This document shows, piece after piece, positions 12,618-23,042 of a stretch of 64,000 bases of DNA. The stretch lies in the NCBI GenBank assembly GCA_030041545.1, contig JASHNQ010000049.1:32374-96373 (forward strand), read 5' to 3'. This DNA comes from a candidate division FCPU426 bacterium (lineage in GTDB: Bacteria; Oederibacteriota; Muellerivitia; Muellerivitales; Muellerivitaceae). Each line of letters starts with the position of its first letter. Positions within the stretch are counted from its first letter, which is position 1. A program made the position numbers and the translations under genes. The notes under the pieces were generated by a model. That model was not told where the DNA came from. It made no database searches and saw only the letters and a program-made list of their open reading frames with translations.

Positions 12618-14084
12618 CTATCCATTGGGCACGAACCAGAGCCGGCCAAACTCCTTTATCTTGACATGGTAATTATTTTTGATTTCCTCCACCACCGGTT
12701 GGGGAAAAAGGTACTGATCGGGGATGTCATACAATTCGATGGTTGAGAACTTCCTTGACCGGATATCCCGGATCAAGGGTTCGGCGCTCCAAACCCCCTT
12801 CTTCACCATGGCCGTGTATTCCGCCGGCTGGATCCAAACTTTTTTGCCGGCCATCACCGGCAAGTCCAGGTCCAGGGCCAAATGGTTTTCCCCGCTTTCA
12901 TATATCTTAGCCGCTTCCTTCTTCATGGCCGCATCCGCCTCAGGCGGCGTTGAGGGCCATTTTCCCGACAGGGCGGAAACAAGAAAGGCCGCGCCTAAAA
13001 GCGCCCTCCCCCAGTCTTGGGCTTTGGGGGAAGGTCGCCAGGAGAGGGCCGGATTCGGGGAAGCGGCACTTGCTTCCCCGACGAAGAAAACGCCATATAG
13101 CAAAAATCCCAGCCAATAGTTTTCGGCTCCTAAGATTCGGCCCAGGGACAAAAGGCTGATAAGGGAACCCACCATTTGGATGCTTAACAACAAAGGAATT
13201 TTTTTCATAACCCACAGGACCACGACGGCGAGAAGAACTATCCCAGCTTCCTTCCAAAAAACCCTGGAAAGGAAATACCAGAAAGCACTCGCGTCGAATC
13301 CCGTGTTCAGCCAGGCCACGGTGTGGTCGTAAAACAAGCCGTGGGTTTGAGCCTGTTCGATTCCAAAAACAAGCGCCAAGGGCGCGATGGAAAAGAGAGC
13401 GTAACTGCCCAGCCGCGCCCATTGGCACCGCGCAAGGCAGTAAATCCCATAAACCGCCCCAAGGGCCAGGGCGTCTTGTTTGACCAGGGCCGCCGCCGCT
13501 GTTAAAAGACCCGCGACGGCGATCCACTTTTTCCCGGAAGGCTGGAGGGAATCCCGGTAAAGCAAAAGGAAGGCGCCGAAGTGGAGAAAAAGGGCCAGGG
13601 TGTCGCACCGCGCCATGGTTCCCCATTCAGCCCAAGTTGGAAAAGTCCAAAGGAGCAGGGTTAAAAAAGCTGCCCAAAGCCTTCCCCAACGCCTCCATCC
13701 CCAAATGGCCAAAAGCATGCCGCATCCCAAATAACCCGCGAAGGCCAGGAACCTACCAGGTTGCCAAACCAAGCCGGCTGCCTTCATCAACCCGGCCTCC
13801 AACCACGAAAACAAAGGTGGATAAACCGAATAAAGATAGGGGCCGCCTTGGGCGCTATCGGGATAAAGGTTGCCACCCCGCAAAAGGATCAAACCTTTTT
13901 CCACGTTGATGGCTTCCCCTTGCTCCACTTGCAGAGGATAGGCCAGCCGATGGCAAAGCATTGGGAGCCCGAAAAGGAAGGCCCATGAGGAAAAAACCAG
14001 GAGGAGTAAAAGAACCGCCTGGGGAAGGGTGAATCCAGCCAAAGAGGAACGGCCTGTCCGAACCGGAGAGTTGGGTTGCGCCAT
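12618..14084 (-). CDS. Polytopic membrane protein with about 110-aa soluble C-terminal domain; putative GT-C-like glycosyltransferase or unknown function, encoded immediately downstream of cysN
   Basis: ORF 12618..14111 (-); start taken at MAQPNSPV; many hydrophobic segments; 17-nt gap after cysN stop. Confidence 0.5.
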   Translation of the reverse strand: MAQPNSPVRTGRSSLAGFTLPQAVLLLLLVFSSWAFLFGLPMLCHRLAYPLQVEQGEAINVEKGLILLRGGNLYPDSAQGGPYLYSVYPPLFSWLEAGLMKAAGLVWQPGRFLAFAGYLGCGMLLAIWGWRRWGRLWAAFLTLLLWTFPTWAEWGTMARCDTLALFLHFGAFLLLYRDSLQPSGKKWIAVAGLLTAAAALVKQDALALGAVYGIYCLARCQWARLGSYALFSIAPLALVFGIEQAQTHGLFYDHTVAWLNTGFDASAFWYFLSRVFWKEAGIVLLAVVVLWVMKKIPLLLSIQMVGSLISLLSLGRILGAENYWLGFLLYGVFFVGEASAASPNPALSWRPSPKAQDWGRALLGAAFLVSALSGKWPSTPPEADAAMKKEAAKIYESGENHLALDLDLPVMAGKKVWIQPAEYTAMVKKGVWSAEPLIRDIRSRKFSTIELYDIPDQYLFPQPVVEEIKNNYHVKIKEFGRLWFVPNG

Positions 14085-14100
14085 CTTCGGCCCCCTTCGG

Positions 14101-15393
14101 TTATTCGACAATCATGCCTGCGGCAACTGTATTATTGTTGAGTTCGTCCATGAGGATAAAACTACCCGTAGCCCGATTGCGGGCGTAAGGATCGAAACAG
14201 ATAGGCTTAAGAGTCTGAAACTCGACCAGAGCTATGTCGTTCAATGTCAACGCTTGAGTACTCATCTTATCCAACGTTTTCATGTCTCGGACCCACCGAA
14301 TTCTCAACACCATGGCCTTAACTTCGGCGGTGGCCAATTTCAATAAATACTTGTCCTTCAACATTAGAGGTTCTTTAACCATCCAACACAAATAAGCCTC
14401 AAAACGATTTTGACAACGTGATTCATTACCGGGATAAATCAACATGTCCCCCCGGGAAATGTCGATCTCATTGGAGAGCCGGAGGGTCACACTCATGGGT
14501 GGGACCGCCTCATCCACTTCCCCCTCGAAGGTATCGATGGCCTTGATAGTAGAGGTCACACCGGAAGGCAGCGATATGATTTTCTGCCCCTTCCGCGCGA
14601 TGCCGGAGGCGATTTTGCCCGCGAAACCCCTGTAATCCGGGTTGGGCCGCAACACCAATTGGACGGGAAAGCGGAAATCGTCCAGGTTCCGGTCCCTGGC
14701 GATCTCGACGGTTTCCAGGTGGTCCAAAAGGGCCTTCCCGGAATACCAAGGGGTCGCGGCGCTTTTAACCGTAACGTTGTCCCCCTTGAGGGCCGAAATG
14801 GGGATAAAAACAAGGTCTTGCACCGAGGACCTTCCCGGATGCTCGCCGGAAAGTTCTTTAAAGAAAGCCTCGTAATCGCTTTTGATCTTTTCAAAGACGT
14901 CCTGTTTGAAATCAACTAAATCCATTTTGTTGATGGCCACCACGATATGGGGGATGCCCAGGAGCTTGGCGATATATCCATGCCGTTTGGACTGAACCAT
15001 CACCCCGTTGCGGGCGTCGATGAGGATAATGGCCAAATCGGCCGTGGAAGCGCCGGTGACCATGTTGCGGGTGTACTGCTCGTGGCCCGGCGTGTCCGCG
15101 ATGATGAACTTGCGCTTGGCCGTGGTGAAATACCGGTAGGCCACGTCGATGGTAATGCCCTGTTCCCGTTCCGCGGCCAACCCATCGGTGATCAGCGCGA
15201 AATCAATGTCGTCCCCCCCTTTTTTTTGGGTGGTCTTGCGGATGGCCTCCAGCTGGTCCTCGAAAACACCCTTGGAGTCGTAAAGCAGCCGCCCGATGAG
15301 GGTGGATTTGCCGTCATCCACCGATCCCGCGGTGGTGAGGCGCAAAAGGTCCATTTTTTCGTAGTTGAGAAGGGTTTTGGCGTCAAGGGTCAA
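14101..15393 (-). CDS. cysN: Sulfate adenylyltransferase subunit 1 (GTPase), not fused to APS kinase
   Basis: 430-aa ORF; G-domain motifs [18 protein letters not shown]; EF-Tu-like fold; start overlaps cysD stop (ATGA). Confidence 0.9.
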   Translation of the reverse strand: MTLDAKTLLNYEKMDLLRLTTAGSVDDGKSTLIGRLLYDSKGVFEDQLEAIRKTTQKKGGDDIDFALITDGLAAEREQGITIDVAYRYFTTAKRKFIIADTPGHEQYTRNMVTGASTADLAIILIDARNGVMVQSKRHGYIAKLLGIPHIVVAINKMDLVDFKQDVFEKIKSDYEAFFKELSGEHPGRSSVQDLVFIPISALKGDNVTVKSAATPWYSGKALLDHLETVEIARDRNLDDFRFPVQLVLRPNPDYRGFAGKIASGIARKGQKIISLPSGVTSTIKAIDTFEGEVDEAVPPMSVTLRLSNEIDISRGDMLIYPGNESRCQNRFEAYLCWMVKEPLMLKDKYLLKLATAEVKAMVLRIRWVRDMKTLDKMSTQALTLNDIALVEFQTLKPICFDPYARNRATGSFILMDELNNNTVAAGMIVE

Positions 15394-16313
15394 AAATAGC
15401 CTTCCTTTTTCTTCTGTTCCATGGAACTGTCGGAACCGTGGTCGATGATCCGGTTTTCCCTTTCGCTTTTGCGGGTCGAAATGAGGTCCTCAATAATGCC
15501 CCTCAGGTCGTGTACCTCAGGGTTGGATTGGATGGCCCCGGTACAGGACATGCAGCCGAGGGACCGGAATCTTACCCGCATGTCCTTGACCTCGTCCCCT
15601 GGCAGGATGGGGATATGGGAAACCCAGGGAATCAGCAGTTCCTTGCGTTTGATGATCTTGCGGGTGTGGGTGAAGTAGATAGGAACAACGGGGATCTTTT
15701 CCATCTCGATGTAGAGCCATATGTCCAGCTCGGTCCAGTTGGAGAGCGGGAAAACCCGGATGGATTCCCCCTCGTTGATCTTGGAGTTGTAGAGGTCCCA
15801 CAATTCAGGCCGCTGGTTCTTGGGGTCCCACTGGCCGAAGGAGTCCCGGAAGGAATAAACCCTTTCCTTGGCCCGGGATTTCTCCTCTTCCCGCCGGGCA
15901 CCGCCAAAAGCGGCGTCAAACCCGTGCTTGTTCAGCCCGTCCAAAAGGCCCTGGGTCTTAAGAAGGCCACAGCATTTCTGTACCCCATATTTAAAAGGGC
16001 TGGAACCCGCCGCGATGGCCTCCTCATTGCGTTCCACGATCAATTTGGCGCCGATTTCCTGGACGAACTTGTCCCGGAACTCGTACATCTCGGGGAATTT
16101 ATAGCCCGTATCCACGTGCATCAGGGGAAAGGGGATTTTGCCGGGGTGGAAAGCCTTCTGGGCCAGGCGCACCATGCAGCTGGAGTCCTTGCCCACGGAA
16201 TAAAGCATGACCGGGTTTTTGAACTCGGCCGCCACCTCCCGGATGATGTAAATACTCTCCGCTTCGAGCTGCTTGAGATGGGATAGGGTTTTGGAATCGG
16301 TTAAGGTCGGCAT
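15390..16313 (-). CDS. cysD: Sulfate adenylyltransferase subunit 2 (PAPS reductase-fold)
   Basis: 307-aa ORF; [16 protein letters not shown]…[19 protein letters not shown]… typical CysD. Confidence 0.9.
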   Translation of the reverse strand: MPTLTDSKTLSHLKQLEAESIYIIREVAAEFKNPVMLYSVGKDSSCMVRLAQKAFHPGKIPFPLMHVDTGYKFPEMYEFRDKFVQEIGAKLIVERNEEAIAAGSSPFKYGVQKCCGLLKTQGLLDGLNKHGFDAAFGGARREEEKSRAKERVYSFRDSFGQWDPKNQRPELWDLYNSKINEGESIRVFPLSNWTELDIWLYIEMEKIPVVPIYFTHTRKIIKRKELLIPWVSHIPILPGDEVKDMRVRFRSLGCMSCTGAIQSNPEVHDLRGIIEDLISTRKSERENRIIDHGSDSSMEQKKKEGYF

Positions 16314-16439
16314 CTTTCTCTCGTTTTCATCGTTTTGGGGCCATTATTCGGATTTTAGGGACTTAAAATCCAGGGCCGGGCCAAAAGTCCAACAAAAATA
16401 CACTGTTCCACGGTTTTCCTCAACGCAAAAGCCCCGAAT

Positions 16440-16920
16440 AAGCGGCAATTCTAGCCGAGGTATCCCCGGTTTTTGAGAATCTCAAAAAAGGGGGCTTAGC
16501 GGAGACCCAGGCACCGCAAGGTTTTTGAGAGTCTCAAAAAATGGGTTTTGACAGAGACTGGGGCACCCCCACAGTTTTTGAGACTCTCAAAAAATGGGCC
16601 TTAGTAGAGGCCGGGGCATCCCCTGGTTTTTGAGACTCTCAAAAAAAGAGTTTTGATAGAGACGGGGACACCCCACAGTTTTAGAGAATCTCTAAAACTG
16701 GGTTTTGATAGAGGCCCGGGTACCCCATGGTTTTTTGAGAATCTCAAAAAATGGGCCTTAGTAGAGGCCCGGGCACCCCCCGGTTTTTGAGACTCTCAAA
16801 AAAAGAGTTTTGATAGAGACAGGGACACCCCACAGTTTTAGAGAATCTCTAAAACTGGCTCTTGGTGAAGGCCAGGGCACCCCTCGGTTTTAGAGAATCT
16901 CAAATTCGGGGTATCCCCCA
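16440..16920. repeat. Tandem array of about 9 palindromic 21-bp units (TTTTGAGAnTCTCAAAA core; variant TTTTAGAGAATCTCTAAAA) spaced at 51-53 bp with related 31-bp linkers; higher-order ~157-bp unit duplicated
   Basis: Seen directly: cores at about 16469, 16521, 16574, 16626, 16677, 16730, 16783, 16835, 16886; linkers alternate between TGGGCCTTAGTAGAGGCCCGGGCACCCC-like and GAGTTTTGATAGAGACRGGGACACCCCACA-like; lies in the 660-bp gap between cysA and cysD. Confidence 0.85.
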
Positions 16921-16975
16921 CCCTTCCCGGATGCCGCCTTCCGCACCCCCGCTTTAGGCCGGTTCCGCCAAAGTT

Positions 16976-18022
16976 TTACGGTTGTATTGGAAACACGTGG
17001 AAAGCCGTGATGGCGGCGTAAACCTCCTGGCCTTCCTTGAAGCCGCTGGCCAGGGCCACCCCCTTGGGGACTTGGGCGGAGATTGTTTTGTCTTCCCCGA
17101 TATCCAGCTTGTATTCGATCACCGTACCCCTAAAACGGGTCTTGGCGATCTTGGCCCTCACCTGCAGGGTCTCAAACTGGGCGGTGACGTAAACGTCGTT
17201 GGGGCGGAAGTAAATACGGATTTTCTGGTTCACCGGCAGGCCAGGGTTTACGGAAAAGCGGAAAGGGCCCCACACGGCCAATCCCTTTTCCGATATTTCG
17301 GTGTCGATGTAGTTGGTCTCGCCCACGAATTGGGCGATGAAATGGGTGGCGGGCTCATCGAAAATCTCGATGGGTGTGCCGTCCTGTTCGATCTCCCCGT
17401 GGTTCATGATGAGGATGCGGCTGGCCACTTCCATGGCCTCTTGCTGGTCATGGGTGACGAAAAGAGTGGTCATATTGGTCTCCTCATGGAGCCTCAAGAT
17501 CCACTCCCGCAGTTCCTCCCTCACCTTGGCGTCCAGGGCTCCGAAAGGCTCGTCCAAGAGCAAAACCTCGGGCCGGGGGGCCAGGGCCCTCGCCACGGCC
17601 ACCCGCTGGCGCTGGCCACCGGAGAGCTGGGAAGGATAGCGTTTTTCGTACCCGGTGAGCTGGATCAGGTCCAAAAGCTCGAAAACCCTGTTCCGGACTT
17701 CATCCTCCTTTTGTTTGCGAACCCGCAAGCCGAAGGCGATGTTCTCGAACACGGTCATGTGCTTGAAAAGGGCATAGTGCTGGAACACGAAGCCCACGTT
17801 GCGTTCCTTGGCCGAGGCATAGGTGGCTTCCCGTCCGGTCAGGTGGATCTCCCCTGAATCCGGCACCTCGAGGCCCGCGATCATCCGAAGCAGGGTGCTC
17901 TTCCCCGACCCCGAAGGGCCTAAAAGCGCGGTCAGGGAACCCGTCTCCAGCTTCGCGCTCACGTTATGGACGGCCTTGAAGCCGTTGTAATGCTTGGTCA
18001 GGCCCCGCACTTCGATGCTCAT
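16976..18022 (-). CDS. cysA: Sulfate/thiosulfate ABC transporter ATP-binding protein
   Basis: 348-aa ORF; Walker [10 protein letters not shown], signature [10 protein letters not shown], Walker B LLLDEPF; C-terminal TOBE-like domain. Confidence 0.9.
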   Translation of the reverse strand: MSIEVRGLTKHYNGFKAVHNVSAKLETGSLTALLGPSGSGKSTLLRMIAGLEVPDSGEIHLTGREATYASAKERNVGFVFQHYALFKHMTVFENIAFGLRVRKQKEDEVRNRVFELLDLIQLTGYEKRYPSQLSGGQRQRVAVARALAPRPEVLLLDEPFGALDAKVREELREWILRLHEETNMTTLFVTHDQQEAMEVASRILIMNHGEIEQDGTPIEIFDEPATHFIAQFVGETNYIDTEISEKGLAVWGPFRFSVNPGLPVNQKIRIYFRPNDVYVTAQFETLQVRAKIAKTRFRGTVIEYKLDIGEDKTISAQVPKGVALASGFKEGQEVYAAITAFHVFPIQP

Positions 18023-18927
18023 GGGAGCTCGCTTTCAAAGCGCGGCGGCAGGACCTGGCGCTCTTTTTCGTACTTCAAGCCTACTAGCGTTTTGGCGATC
18101 AGGGTGAGGACGGCCAAAAAGGTCAAAAGGGAGGCCACGGCGAAAGCCGCCGTAAAGTCATAGTCGTTATAAAGAATTTCTACATGTAAGGGCAGCGTAT
18201 TGGTCAAACCCCGGATATGCCCCGAAACCACGGACACCGCCCCGAATTCCCCCATGGCCCTGGCGTTGCACAGGATGACCCCGTAAAGCAGGCCCCATTG
18301 GATGTTGGGCAGGGTCACCCTCCAGAAAATCTGCCAGCCATTGGCGCCTAAAACCATCGCCGCCTCTTCCTCTTCCGAACCTTGTTCTTGCATGAGGGGG
18401 ATAAGTTCCCGGGAAATGAAGGGGAAGGTCACGAAAATCGTGGCCAGCACGATCCCTGGAAGGGCGAAGATGATGTGCAGGTTGTGGGCCTGTAGCCAGG
18501 GTCCCAGCAACCCCTGCAGGCCAAACAGGAGGACGTAAACGAGGCCCGAAACCACCGGCGAGACCGTGAAAGGAAGGTCGATAAGGGTAATCAAAAGGTT
18601 TTTGCCCGGAAAACTAAATTTAGTAATAGCCCAAGCGGACACTATCCCAAAAGCCGAATTGAACCACACGGAAAAGAATGCCGCGATAAGGGTTAGTTTG
18701 ACGGCCGAAAGGGCGTCCGGCTCGCGGATCGCTCCAAAATAATAAGAGAACCCCTTATTCAACGCGGAAGTGAAAACCTCCGCCAGGGGCACCAGCAGGA
18801 ATAAGGCGATAAAAAGCAGGGCCACGGTAATGAGGATCCAACGGACCCACCGGGTTTCGGTCAAAGCGCGGGCCGGATCGGTTTTCCGGTCCCCTTTTAC
18901 GCTCACAATGAGTGTTTCTTGGGTCAC
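18019..18927 (-). CDS. cysW: Sulfate ABC transporter permease
   Basis: 302-aa ORF, six-TM ABC permease with EAA-like loop (…[22 protein letters not shown]…); 4-nt overlap with cysA. Confidence 0.85.
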   Translation of the reverse strand: MTQETLIVSVKGDRKTDPARALTETRWVRWILITVALLFIALFLLVPLAEVFTSALNKGFSYYFGAIREPDALSAVKLTLIAAFFSVWFNSAFGIVSAWAITKFSFPGKNLLITLIDLPFTVSPVVSGLVYVLLFGLQGLLGPWLQAHNLHIIFALPGIVLATIFVTFPFISRELIPLMQEQGSEEEEAAMVLGANGWQIFWRVTLPNIQWGLLYGVILCNARAMGEFGAVSVVSGHIRGLTNTLPLHVEILYNDYDFTAAFAVASLLTFLAVLTLIAKTLVGLKYEKERQVLPPRFESELP

Positions 18928-18936
18928 GTGGTTTCC

Positions 18937-19767
18937 TTAATGGATCCGGTGCAAACCTGTCCGCGATTGCAACCAGTTGATGGTCAAAAGCAGGGTGAAG
19001 GAAATCGCCAGCATAACCACCCCGATCGAGGTGGCCCCGGCGTAATCGTATTGCTCCAGCTTGGTGATGATCAAAAGGGGAGTGATTTCGGTTTTCATGG
19101 GCATGTTGCCGGCGATGAAGACCACCGACCCGTATTCCCCCACTCCCCGGGCAAAAGCCAGGGAAAAACCCGTTATCCAAGCCGGGACCAGGGTGGGAAG
19201 AATAACCCTGGTAACGGTATACCAACGGTTGGCGCCCAAGCTGACCGCCGCCTTTTCCGTTTCCAAGTCCAAGGACTCAAGGACGGGTTGGAGTGTGCGA
19301 ACGACAAAAGGCAGGCCGATGAAGGTCAAAGCCACGACAACGCCCAGGGGAGTGTAAGCCACGGAAATCCCCAAAGGCTGGAGGCATTTCCCAATCCATC
19401 CATTTGGGGCGTAAATTGCCGTCAGGGTGATTCCCGCCACGGCCGTGGGCAGGGCAAAGGGTAAATCCACCATCGCGTCCACCAGTTTTCGGCCCGGGAA
19501 TTCATAACGGACGAGGACCCAGGCCACCACTGCCCCGAAGATGGAATTGATGATAGCTCCCACAAGGGAGGCCCCGAAGGTCAGCCGATAAGAGGCTAAA
19601 ACGCGGGGGCTGGTGACTTCCTGGACAAACTGGGCCCAGGTGAGGGTGACGGATTTCAGGATGAGGGCGGCCAAGGGGATGAGGACGATCAAGCCCAAGT
19701 AAGTCAGCGTAAAACCCATGGTCAGACCAAAACCCGGCAAAACGCCGGGAGAATTCCTAATTTTCAT
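18937..19767 (-). CDS. cysT: Sulfate ABC transporter permease
   Basis: ORF 18937..19785; permease motif …EKAAVSLGANRWYTVTRVILP…; start taken at internal Met adjacent to upstream HPr stop. Confidence 0.85.
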   Translation of the reverse strand: MKIRNSPGVLPGFGLTMGFTLTYLGLIVLIPLAALILKSVTLTWAQFVQEVTSPRVLASYRLTFGASLVGAIINSIFGAVVAWVLVRYEFPGRKLVDAMVDLPFALPTAVAGITLTAIYAPNGWIGKCLQPLGISVAYTPLGVVVALTFIGLPFVVRTLQPVLESLDLETEKAAVSLGANRWYTVTRVILPTLVPAWITGFSLAFARGVGEYGSVVFIAGNMPMKTEITPLLIITKLEQYDYAGATSIGVVMLAISFTLLLTINWLQSRTGLHRIH

Positions 19768-20036
19768 TTTTCGCTTTTTCCCCATCCCCTCAATAATTCA
19801 CTGATAGCCCGAATGGCCTCGGAAGCATCATCTCCATCGGCCGAAAACTCCAGTACCGTACCATAAATGGCTCCCAGCGTTAATAGTTCCAAAAGGCTCT
19901 TGGCATTCACGGGTAAACCGCCGTTGGAAACCAGGATACGGCTTTTAAACCGGCTGGCGGTCCTCACCAATTCCGCCCCGGCCCTCAAGTGCATGCCCAA
20001 CCGGTGGAGAATTGGAATTTTTTCAATGTTCTTCAT
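19764..20036 (-). CDS. HPr-family phosphocarrier-like protein (89 aa) embedded in the sulfate-transporter operon
   Basis: Translation MKNIEKIPILHRLGMHLRAGAELVRTASRFKSRILVSNGGLPVNAKSLLELLTLGAIYGTVLEFSADGDDASEAIRAISELL aligns along its length with PTS HPr (active-site His in G-x-H-x-R-A, conserved Ser in AKSLL). Confidence 0.75.
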   Translation of the reverse strand: MKNIEKIPILHRLGMHLRAGAELVRTASRFKSRILVSNGGLPVNAKSLLELLTLGAIYGTVLEFSADGDDASEAIRAISELLRGWGKSEK

Positions 20037-20149
20037 GGGATCTCCTTGGACCCCGCAAAAGGGTTTCTGAAATGCAGGGTGGATATCCATGGGCCCCTTA
20101 AGTTTGGAAAAAAACGGACTACGGAGAAAGCCTTTTCCCCGCGTCCTCT

Positions 20150-21169
20150 TTATTTTGATCCCGGCTGGTAAATCCGGTCGAAAACGCCGCCGTCTCCGAA
20201 AAAAGCGGACTGGGCCTTTTTCCAGCCTCCAAAAACCTTATCGATGGTGAAAAGCTTGATCTTGGGAAATTGTTGGGCGTACCGGGCCGCCACTTTCTTG
20301 TCCCGTGGCCGGTAATAGTTGCGGGCCGCAACATCCTGGCCTTCGGGTGAATAGAGGTATTCCAGGTAGGCCTTGGCCACTTCGGCGGTGCCGTGCTTTT
20401 CGGTGTTCTCGTCCACCCAGGCGACCGCGGGTTCGGCCAGGATACTGGTGGAAGGCGCCACGATTTCGAAGTTCCCCTGCCCAAGTTCCCCAATAGCCAG
20501 GTGCGCCTCATTCTCCCAAGCGATCAAAACGTCCCCGATTCCCCGTTCGACGAAGGTGGTGGTGGAACCCCGGGCTCCCGAGTCCAGGACCGCCACGTTC
20601 TTGTAGAGCTTGGCGACGAACTCGCGGGCCTTGTCCTCACTGCCGTACTTCCTTAAGGCATAGCCCCAAGCCGCCAGGAAGTTCCACCGGGCCCCACCGG
20701 AGGTTTTAGGATTGGGGGTGATGACCGACACGTCCGGCCGCGCCAAGTCATCCCAATCCTTGATATGCTTGGGGTTGCCCCTCCGGACCAAAAAAACGAT
20801 GGTGGAAGTATAAGGAGCACTGTTGTCGGGCAGCCTTTTCTGCCAATCCGCCGGCAGCAGTTGGGCCTTGGAAGCGATGGCGTCGATATCCCCGGCCAGG
20901 CCCAGGGTCGCCACGTCGGCCTCCAACCCATCAATGATGGCCCGGGCCTGCTTGCCCGAGCCGCCATTGGAGACGTTGACAACCACGTCCTGGCCCATCT
21001 TTTGCTTCCAGTAGTCGGCGAAAACCTTGTCGTAATCCTGGTAAAGCTCCCTCGTCGGGTCATAAGACACGTTTAAAAGGCTGACTGGGCCAGCGCCCTG
21101 GTTTTGGGCCAGGGCGCTTCCGGCGACAGCAAGAAAAAGGGTGATGGCTATTTGCTTAAACAGTTTCAT
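20150..21169 (-). CDS. sbp: Sulfate-binding periplasmic protein
   Basis: 339-aa ORF with signal peptide ([21 protein letters not shown]) and Sbp/CysP family body (…[13 protein letters not shown]…[19 protein letters not shown]…). Confidence 0.9.
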   Translation of the reverse strand: MKLFKQIAITLFLAVAGSALAQNQGAGPVSLLNVSYDPTRELYQDYDKVFADYWKQKMGQDVVVNVSNGGSGKQARAIIDGLEADVATLGLAGDIDAIASKAQLLPADWQKRLPDNSAPYTSTIVFLVRRGNPKHIKDWDDLARPDVSVITPNPKTSGGARWNFLAAWGYALRKYGSEDKAREFVAKLYKNVAVLDSGARGSTTTFVERGIGDVLIAWENEAHLAIGELGQGNFEIVAPSTSILAEPAVAWVDENTEKHGTAEVAKAYLEYLYSPEGQDVAARNYYRPRDKKVAARYAQQFPKIKLFTIDKVFGGWKKAQSAFFGDGGVFDRIYQPGSK

Positions 21170-21193
21170 GGCAAACTCCTCTTTTAAACCGAT

Positions 21194-22690
21194 TTAGAAG
21201 TTCGCTTGGGCCCGGACGGTAAAAACGTCCTCCGGCAAAAGGCTGGTGAGCGCTTTGGTTCCGGGAACCTGGAGCCCTTCCACGAAATTCGTCTGTTCGA
21301 AGTCGAAGACCAGCTTGAAGTGGGGGTTGAAAATCCAGTTCAAGCCGGCGCCGTAAGCCGTCGCCTGTTGGGCTGAGTTGGTGGCGGCCAGGTTGGTGGC
21401 GGCCGATGCGCTGAAGCTGTTGGGGTCCAGTGTCAGTTGGTGGACGCGGACCGCCACTTCCAGGGCGCCCCATTGGCCCTTGCGCAGGTCCAGGTCCTTA
21501 TCCGCGACAGCCCCAAGAAAAGAGGCCTTTCCGCCGATGACCCAGGATGCCGCCAGCTGCCAGGCCCGGTGGGTCAAGGCAACGGCATCGGCCTTGCTGA
21601 AGCCCACGTCCTGGATCGACTGGACGTATTCGCCCAGTAACCCGAAGGGGCCGTTGGAAAAATAACCCTGGGGGGACCAATGGTAAAAATCCCCCTGGGG
21701 TGAAACGCCCGTGCGGTAGGCGAAAAACTGCTGCTGGCCCAGGGAAGTGACGAAATAATTGGGATAGGCGTTGGAGTTCCAATTCACGTTCCAGGCCCAG
21801 GAACCCGATAGGCCGAACCCCAAGCCTTTTAGGAAGGAGTCCTCCGAATCGAAGGGGGTTAAATAAACCCGCCCCGTGGACTCCCGGCCGTTGGTCAGGG
21901 ATTGGTCGGCGGCGTTGTTGGGCGTCAAGTTATCCGGCGTGCCGTTGGTCAGGGCCACGGAATAATTGACCCCGTTCCAAGGGCTGCCCGTGGCTTCCAC
22001 GCCCAAATCGCGGTTGGGCACCAGGTCGGTTGGCAAGGCCCTTTCCACGAAAAGATTGTCCGTATCGTTTTGCAGCCTTTCCAAGCCCACCGGCACCTTG
22101 AACTTACCCGCTTGGAACTGCAAGGCCGGGTCGGCCTTGATGAAGGCATAGGCGTCCTGGATGGCATAGCCCGTGGATCCCAATTCGGCCTGGTAACGGA
22201 ATCCCACCAAGTGGTCGAAAAGGGCGATGAGGTCCAGCCTGGTTTTACGGTTCAAAAAAGTGCTGGCGGACTTGTTGGTGGTGGCCCCGGAAGCCCCCAA
22301 TTCCGGTTCAGCGGTGCTGCCAATGGGCACATAATCGTAATAAGATGAATTGGGTTGGAAATAATCCCGGTAATCTTCCTGGACCACCCCACCGATCTTG
22401 AGAACCACATCCCCTTGGGAATCGGACAGGTCCACGTAGTTGTGCTCAACACTCAAAACCACGGCCTGCTTTTCCAACAAGGCAAGGTGGTTATTGAGCC
22501 CTTCCAACCCCGCGACGGGCGTTACGGTGGGAGTAGCCGACTCGTCATTGCCGCCCGAAGGCGCCGTGGCGGCCGTGGGCGTGGAGGCGTTTGGGCCACC
22601 GGTCGAATTATCCGCCCAAACTCCCGTCGACCCAAGGATTACAGCCCCAACCGAAACGGCTAAAGCAAATACCGACTTTCTTTTTTCCAT
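21194..22690 (-). CDS. Outer-membrane beta-barrel porin, probably anion-selective (OprO/OprP-like family)
   Basis: 498-aa ORF with signal peptide, alternating amphipathic beta-strands, C-terminal …RAQANF (terminal Phe); located at head of sulfate-uptake gene block. Confidence 0.6.
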   Translation of the reverse strand: MEKRKSVFALAVSVGAVILGSTGVWADNSTGGPNASTPTAATAPSGGNDESATPTVTPVAGLEGLNNHLALLEKQAVVLSVEHNYVDLSDSQGDVVLKIGGVVQEDYRDYFQPNSSYYDYVPIGSTAEPELGASGATTNKSASTFLNRKTRLDLIALFDHLVGFRYQAELGSTGYAIQDAYAFIKADPALQFQAGKFKVPVGLERLQNDTDNLFVERALPTDLVPNRDLGVEATGSPWNGVNYSVALTNGTPDNLTPNNAADQSLTNGRESTGRVYLTPFDSEDSFLKGLGFGLSGSWAWNVNWNSNAYPNYFVTSLGQQQFFAYRTGVSPQGDFYHWSPQGYFSNGPFGLLGEYVQSIQDVGFSKADAVALTHRAWQLAASWVIGGKASFLGAVADKDLDLRKGQWGALEVAVRVHQLTLDPNSFSASAATNLAATNSAQQATAYGAGLNWIFNPHFKLVFDFEQTNFVEGLQVPGTKALTSLLPEDVFTVRAQANF

Positions 22691-22805
22691 GACAAACCCC
22701 TTTTAAAGTTTTTTTCCCTGTTTTTATCGCGGAGGATGCCGCTCGGGGTCTTACGGATTCCCAGACCCCGCCTTCCAGCGGGTTGGGATTCAAAAAATCC
22801 GAAGA

Positions 22806-22880
22806 CCGCTTTAGCGCCCTGTTTGGTCTCTTTCGAAACACCGGTCGGGGCAAGTTGGCAATTAAATCCCACCGTAAAAC
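22806..22880 (-). ncRNA. Copy A of a triplicated conserved intergenic element (boxes CCGCTTTAGCgCcCTGTT … CCGGgGCAAGTTG on + strand), about 120-190 nt upstream of porin start
   Basis: Seen directly; shares two conserved boxes separated by a variable hairpin with copies at 23812 and 24049. Confidence 0.45.
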
Positions 22881-23042
22881 TTTTAAACTTCGAACCCTTC
22901 AATCACCTCCCTAATCAAAATCCAACCCACATCCAGCGCAAAGCCGCCAAGACGCCAAGAAAGTCAAAATTTTCTGTTTCAAGGCCGAAGCTTTTCTTGG
23001 AGCCTTTGCATCTTCGCGCTGGCTTTGGGTTAGCCGTTTTTT

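Noticed and set aside
16440-16920. Possible CRISPR array (regular 21-bp repeats with approximately 31-bp spacers)
   Set aside because: The repeat is a perfect palindrome, which is atypical for CRISPR. The spacers are not unique: they form two alternating, mutually similar classes, and a three-unit block is duplicated. No cas genes and no leader are present in the window.
22840-22880. Sigma-54 promoter in conserved element copy A (TGGCA at 22856)
   Set aside because: No properly spaced TTGC -12 element is present, and the other two copies lack TGGCA.
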